Of a stretch of DNA of 32,000 bases, positions 28,633 through 32,000 are shown in pieces. Numbering within the stretch: the stretch's first letter is position 1; every line of letters begins with the position of its first letter. The translations under genes and the position numbers were made by a program. Source of the DNA: Caedimonas varicaedens (GTDB taxonomy: Bacteria > Pseudomonadota > Alphaproteobacteria > Caedimonadales > Caedimonadaceae). Under the pieces are notes generated by a model. The model saw only the letters and a program-made list of their open reading frames with translations, searched no databases and was not told where the DNA came from. The stretch is taken from contig BBVC01000099.1 of assembly GCA_001192655.1 (NCBI GenBank), positions 913 to 32,912 on the forward strand, written 5' to 3'.

Positions 28633-29490
28633 ATGTGGCGTCTCTCTTTCTTATCCTCTGTGGCTGAAGCTGAATATCTTGCTTCTCAATTGGAAGATAT
28701 CTGTCTGGCGGTATCGTGGTTTGAAAAAGATGCTCAAGCTCAGGTGTGGCAAGTAGAAGCAACATTCGAGGAACAGCCTGACGAAAAAAATATCAAGTCT
28801 CTTCTGGGAACACTTTCCTACGAACTGGCGCCATTGCCATCCAAAGATTGGCTGTCTGAAAACCGCAAATCCTTTCCTGCCATCGATATTGGTCCTTTTT
28901 ATATTTATGGATCGCACCATCAGGAGAAACTGCCTGAAGGGAAAATAGCTTTCAGGATTGATGCAGCAACCGCTTTTGGGACAGGACAACATGCCACGAC
29001 ACAGGGATGCCTGCTTGCCTTACATGATTTGAAACAGGCAGGAATAAAGGTACAGAACTATCTGGATTTGGGATGCGGCACAGCCGTGTTGGCAATGGCG
29101 ATGGCGCGTTTATTCCAGGTCAGGGGAATAGCTTCTGATAATGATCCAGAAGCCGTTGATCGAGCGAACCTTAACGTTGCAGAAAATCATTTGGAGAGGT
29201 TTGTAGAGGTCATACTTTCGGAAGGCTTTAGTCATGAAAGGTTAGAAGCTCAGGCTCCCTACAGTTTGATTGCAGCAAATATCCTGGCCGACCCCTTGAT
29301 TGCTCTGTCTCCGGAAATGGCACGCTTTATGGCAGAAGAGGGAAAAGTGATCTTGTCGGGACTTTTGCAAACTCAGCAACAAGGCACTCTAAAGGCGTAT
29401 GAGAAGGTGGGATTTTCTCTGCAAAAAACATATCCTATGGCAGAATGGGTCACGCTTGTGCTGAAAAAAAACGGGAAAAGCATTCTTTAA
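28633..29490 (+). CDS. prmA: Ribosomal protein L11 methyltransferase
   Basis: FGTGQHATTQGCL and the SAM-binding motif LDLGCGTAVLAMA are present. The size is typical at 285 aa. A GGAG SD lies upstream of the ATG. Confidence 0.9.
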   Translation: MWRLSFLSSVAEAEYLASQLEDICLAVSWFEKDAQAQVWQVEATFEEQPDEKNIKSLLGTLSYELAPLPSKDWLSENRKSFPAIDIGPFYIYGSHHQEKLPEGKIAFRIDAATAFGTGQHATTQGCLLALHDLKQAGIKVQNYLDLGCGTAVLAMAMARLFQVRGIASDNDPEAVDRANLNVAENHLERFVEVILSEGFSHERLEAQAPYSLIAANILADPLIALSPEMARFMAEEGKVILSGLLQTQQQGTLKAYEKVGFSLQKTYPMAEWVTLVLKKNGKSIL

Positions 29491-29561
29491 AGAGCGTGTT
29501 TTGCATTGTAGAAATTTTTCCAATGTATTACTCTGCATAAAAAATCCAGGGGGGTATAAGG

Positions 29562-30002
29562 ATGTCAAGGTCTCTGTTTATTATTCTTTATAGTATTCTT
29601 TTTTCCAGTACTTTTGGACTTTGTTCCTCACTTCAAAAAGAAGAGGAAGAGGATAACTTTTTACAATATCGCCTTTACATGCCTCCCGCAGATGAAGTCG
29701 AACTTGTCAAGAAAGCTCGTGAATTGAAAAAAGCAATACAAGAAGAAAGAGAGGATCAGAAACGGTTTGTGGCGGTCAATGAAGCGATTGCAATTTTGCA
29801 CTCATATGATTCGCGTTTTCGTTCATTAACAGAGCCGCAGCTTTGCAGAATGCAGGATCTGTCAGCCGAAAAAGCCTTGAAATGTGACTATGAGGGAGAG
29901 GAAATGCTCGATTTTAATTATAAAAAAGCAAGAGCTTTCTCTGAGTTAATGGATGCCTTGAGTCAGCTGTTTCCTCATTCTCTCTCGCAAGTGGTTAAGT
30001 GA
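29562..30002 (+). CDS. Hypothetical small secreted protein (signal peptide, charged helical body); no family recognised
   Basis: The N-terminus MSRSLFIILYSILFSSTFGLCSS looks like a signal peptide. The rest is rich in E/K/R. A G-rich SD lies upstream. I recognise no motif. Confidence 0.5.
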   Translation: MSRSLFIILYSILFSSTFGLCSSLQKEEEEDNFLQYRLYMPPADEVELVKKARELKKAIQEEREDQKRFVAVNEAIAILHSYDSRFRSLTEPQLCRMQDLSAEKALKCDYEGEEMLDFNYKKARAFSELMDALSQLFPHSLSQVVK

Positions 30003-30163
30003 AAAAGTATTTTCTGAGACTTCTCCCTTGAATTTTCCTTTAAGCGCTAGCATCTATTAACGGAAAAATTCCTTATGGGCAATATATGGAAGTAAGAAAA
30101 TTTTCTGGTATTTAACTTTTTCTCAGGGGACTTGTAATCGGTCTTCAATTAAATTTTCTCTTT

Positions 30164-31204
30164 TCAGGATACTGCCAGGGAAGAGAGACTGTTTCTCTGA
30201 CCAATTGCTTTTAAGGCTTGGCCGAGAAGTTCTTCTATAATTTCTGCTGTTGTCTGCTCTTTTTCCACAAATCCGACACTTTGCCCTGCCATAAGAGAAC
30301 CTTCTTCAATATTTCCTTCAATAACAGCCTTGCGAAGAGCGCCTGCCCAATAATGCTCAATTTTAAGCTGGGCTTCTTTTAATTCTTCTTCGCCTCGTTC
30401 AACCTGATCGATCATCTTGCGTTGAAATTCTATAAATCGTTGCGCGCCGGCATTTGCAAGGGCGCGCACAGGAATAACAGGAAATCGCGGATCCAGCTGG
30501 GGAGAGACAATGGCTTCCCGTGCTGCTGCGTTAATAAAAGCCTGCTTGAAACGTGGATGGGCGCGAGATTCCCTGGCGCATACAAAACGTGTCCCCAATT
30601 GGCAACCAGAGGCTCCCATTTCAAGGAAAGAGAGAATCATTTCTCCGCGTCCTATTCCCCCTGCAACAAAAACAGGAACCTCTTGAATAACAGGTAAAAT
30701 TTCCTGGGCTAAAATATTTGTGGAAACAGGTCCGATATGCCCACCTGCCTCATGTCCTTCAATAATCAGGGCATCAACCCCCTGTTTGACAAAACGTCTG
30801 GCAAGAGCCAAAGCAGGAGCAAAACAAATGGTCTTGATCCCTGCCTGTTTCAGCTTTTCAATGGCTTCTTTGGGTGGGAGCCCACCCGCAAGAAAGACAT
30901 GGCTGATAGAAAATTCCACACACACGTCAATCAACTCTGAGAGCATGGGGTGCAGCGTAATAAGATTAACTCCAAAAGGTTTTTTTGTGTATTCCTGAGT
31001 TTTTCGGATCTCATTCTTGAGAAGGTCTGGCGTCATGGCGCCACAAGCAAGAATTCCGAATCCTTGAGCATTGGATATGGCTGAAACAAGGTCATGATCA
31101 GATACCCATGTCATGGCACCACCCAGAATGGGGATTTCTACGCCCAGAAAGTCCTGACCGCGTTTCCACAGGAGATTTAAATAACTTGAGGCATTATTGG
31201 ACAT
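30164..31204 (-). CDS. Nitronate monooxygenase / FabK-like FMN-dependent oxidoreductase (NPD family)
   Basis: Features of the 2-nitropropane dioxygenase / enoyl-ACP reductase II fold are present: PILGGAMTWVS, FGVNL, IIEGHEAGGHIG, VFVAGGIGRG. The exact activity cannot be called from sequence. Confidence 0.8.
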   Translation of the reverse strand: MSNNASSYLNLLWKRGQDFLGVEIPILGGAMTWVSDHDLVSAISNAQGFGILACGAMTPDLLKNEIRKTQEYTKKPFGVNLITLHPMLSELIDVCVEFSISHVFLAGGLPPKEAIEKLKQAGIKTICFAPALALARRFVKQGVDALIIEGHEAGGHIGPVSTNILAQEILPVIQEVPVFVAGGIGRGEMILSFLEMGASGCQLGTRFVCARESRAHPRFKQAFINAAAREAIVSPQLDPRFPVIPVRALANAGAQRFIEFQRKMIDQVERGEEELKEAQLKIEHYWAGALRKAVIEGNIEEGSLMAGQSVGFVEKEQTTAEIIEELLGQALKAIGQRNSLSSLAVS

Positions 31205-31321
31205 GAATGACCTGACGATTGAATATGAATTACCTCTTAGATACCGCGATTTTTTTCTTATTTCAAGTGGGGAAGGAAGATGAAGATGAAATTCTAGGCT
31301 ATATTCAAAGGATTTCTTTCT

Positions 31322-31603
31322 TCAATTTTCTTCATTAAATCTATGACATATAAGCTCTTGGAGGGCCTTCATAAGGGCTTCAGCATCGCGGCCAGAAGTG
31401 TAGATCTCAAGTTTTGTTCCTTTTGTTGCTGCCAACATTAAAAGTCCCATAATTGAGCGTCCAGAAACAATAATGTCTCCTGATTTGACCTGAGCATCTG
31501 CTTCAAAAGAGCAGGAAACCTTTACAAATTTCGCCGCTGCTCGTGCGTGTAATCCCTTAGCGTTTTCCAAGGTAACCCATTGTTTAATGGTAATCTCACT
31601 CAC
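31322..31603 (-). CDS. ptsH: HPr-family phosphocarrier protein (HPr/NPr)
   Basis: The active-site His context is NAKGLHARAAAKF and the regulatory Ser context is GRSIMGLLML. The GTG start overlaps the end of the upstream EIIA(Man)-like ORF by 8 nt. Confidence 0.85.
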   Translation of the reverse strand: MSEITIKQWVTLENAKGLHARAAAKFVKVSCSFEADAQVKSGDIIVSGRSIMGLLMLAATKGTKLEIYTSGRDAEALMKALQELICHRFNEEN

Positions 31604-31907
31604 TGGAAGCCGCCAGAAAGTGAGATGCCAGATTAATATAGCGCTGTCCTGCTTCCTGGGCTTCTTTCATACTTTCCTGAAGAGATTTTTTGTCGCGCAA
31701 ACTTATTAATTTGATAAGCAGGGGAAGGTTGACGCCTGCCATGACCTCTACATTTTTGAGATCCAAAAGGGATAAAGCGAGATTGGAAGGAGTTCCCCCA
31801 AACATATCTGTCAAAACAGCTACACCCATTCCTTGATCAAGGGATTTAACAATTTTGTTAGCGCCGGAGGTAAAATGATACAGATCATCGGTTGAATTTT
31901 GATACAC
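31596..31907 (-). pseudogene. PTS EIIA(Man)-family protein, truncated at the 5' end by about 30 codons
   Basis: GVAVLTDMFGGTPSNLALSLL...VEVMAGVNLPLLIKL matches the alphaproteobacterial EIIA(Man) gene normally found just upstream of HPr. The frame hits stops at about 31929 and 31950. The usual N-terminal MIG.VLVTHG segment, which carries the phospho-His, is absent. Confidence 0.7.
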
Positions 31908-31944
31908 CCACGCATTAACTCCTTTTCAAAGGAGTTTAGGAATA

Positions 31945-32000
31945 ATGATTCAGTGGGAACAAACGATGGAAATAAAAATATTACGCCGACAAGGCAAGAG
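31945..32000 (+). CDS. Start of an ORF whose N-terminus resembles an HTH transposase (IS21 IstA-like?), cut by the window edge
   Basis: ATG at 31945 gives MIQWEQTMEIKILRRQGK.... AGGAG or AGGA lies upstream. Only 18 codons are visible, so the call is weak. It sits exactly where the EIIA(Man) gene is broken. Confidence 0.3.
   Translation, partial: MIQWEQTMEIKILRRQGK

Overview
This 32 kb window looks like a densely packed, AT-leaning chromosomal segment of an alphaproteobacterium. That assignment is an inference from gene content: mipZ, a plant/alpha-type gshA, PtsP/NPr/EIIA(Man) nitrogen-PTS genes, glyA-nrdR, a membrane J-domain protein, and a CtrA-type box. Most of it is housekeeping. The minus strand carries a partial J-protein, mipZ, potI/H/G and a frameshifted potF, gshA, nrdR, glyA, prfA, hisS, a rodZ-like gene, ptsP, a DMT transporter, a FabK/NMO-like gene and HPr. 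The plus strand carries uvrD and prmA.

Five parts look accessory:
1. An alpha-2-macroglobulin (intact CLEQ thioester motif) paired with PBP1C. This is a known pairing.
2. A small Tad/Flp pilin module: a 52-aa flp ORF that is absent from the supplied ORF track, transcribed divergently from two TadE-like genes and a vWA-containing TadG-like gene. No assembly machinery lies in the window. The module sits between glyA-nrdR and prfA-hisS, and an exact CtrA consensus box lies upstream of flp.
3. An orphan 146-aa protein with a signal peptide.
4. A 5'-truncated EIIA(Man) gene that abuts a possible transposase start at the right edge.
5. Several strong palindromes or hairpins.

I saw no rRNA, tRNA, CRISPR array or tandem repeat. 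I did not find a convincing, wholly novel multi-gene system. The Tad module, the truncation junction and the palindromic elements are the items most worth a second look. All homology calls come from recognising motifs in the translations, not from database searches.
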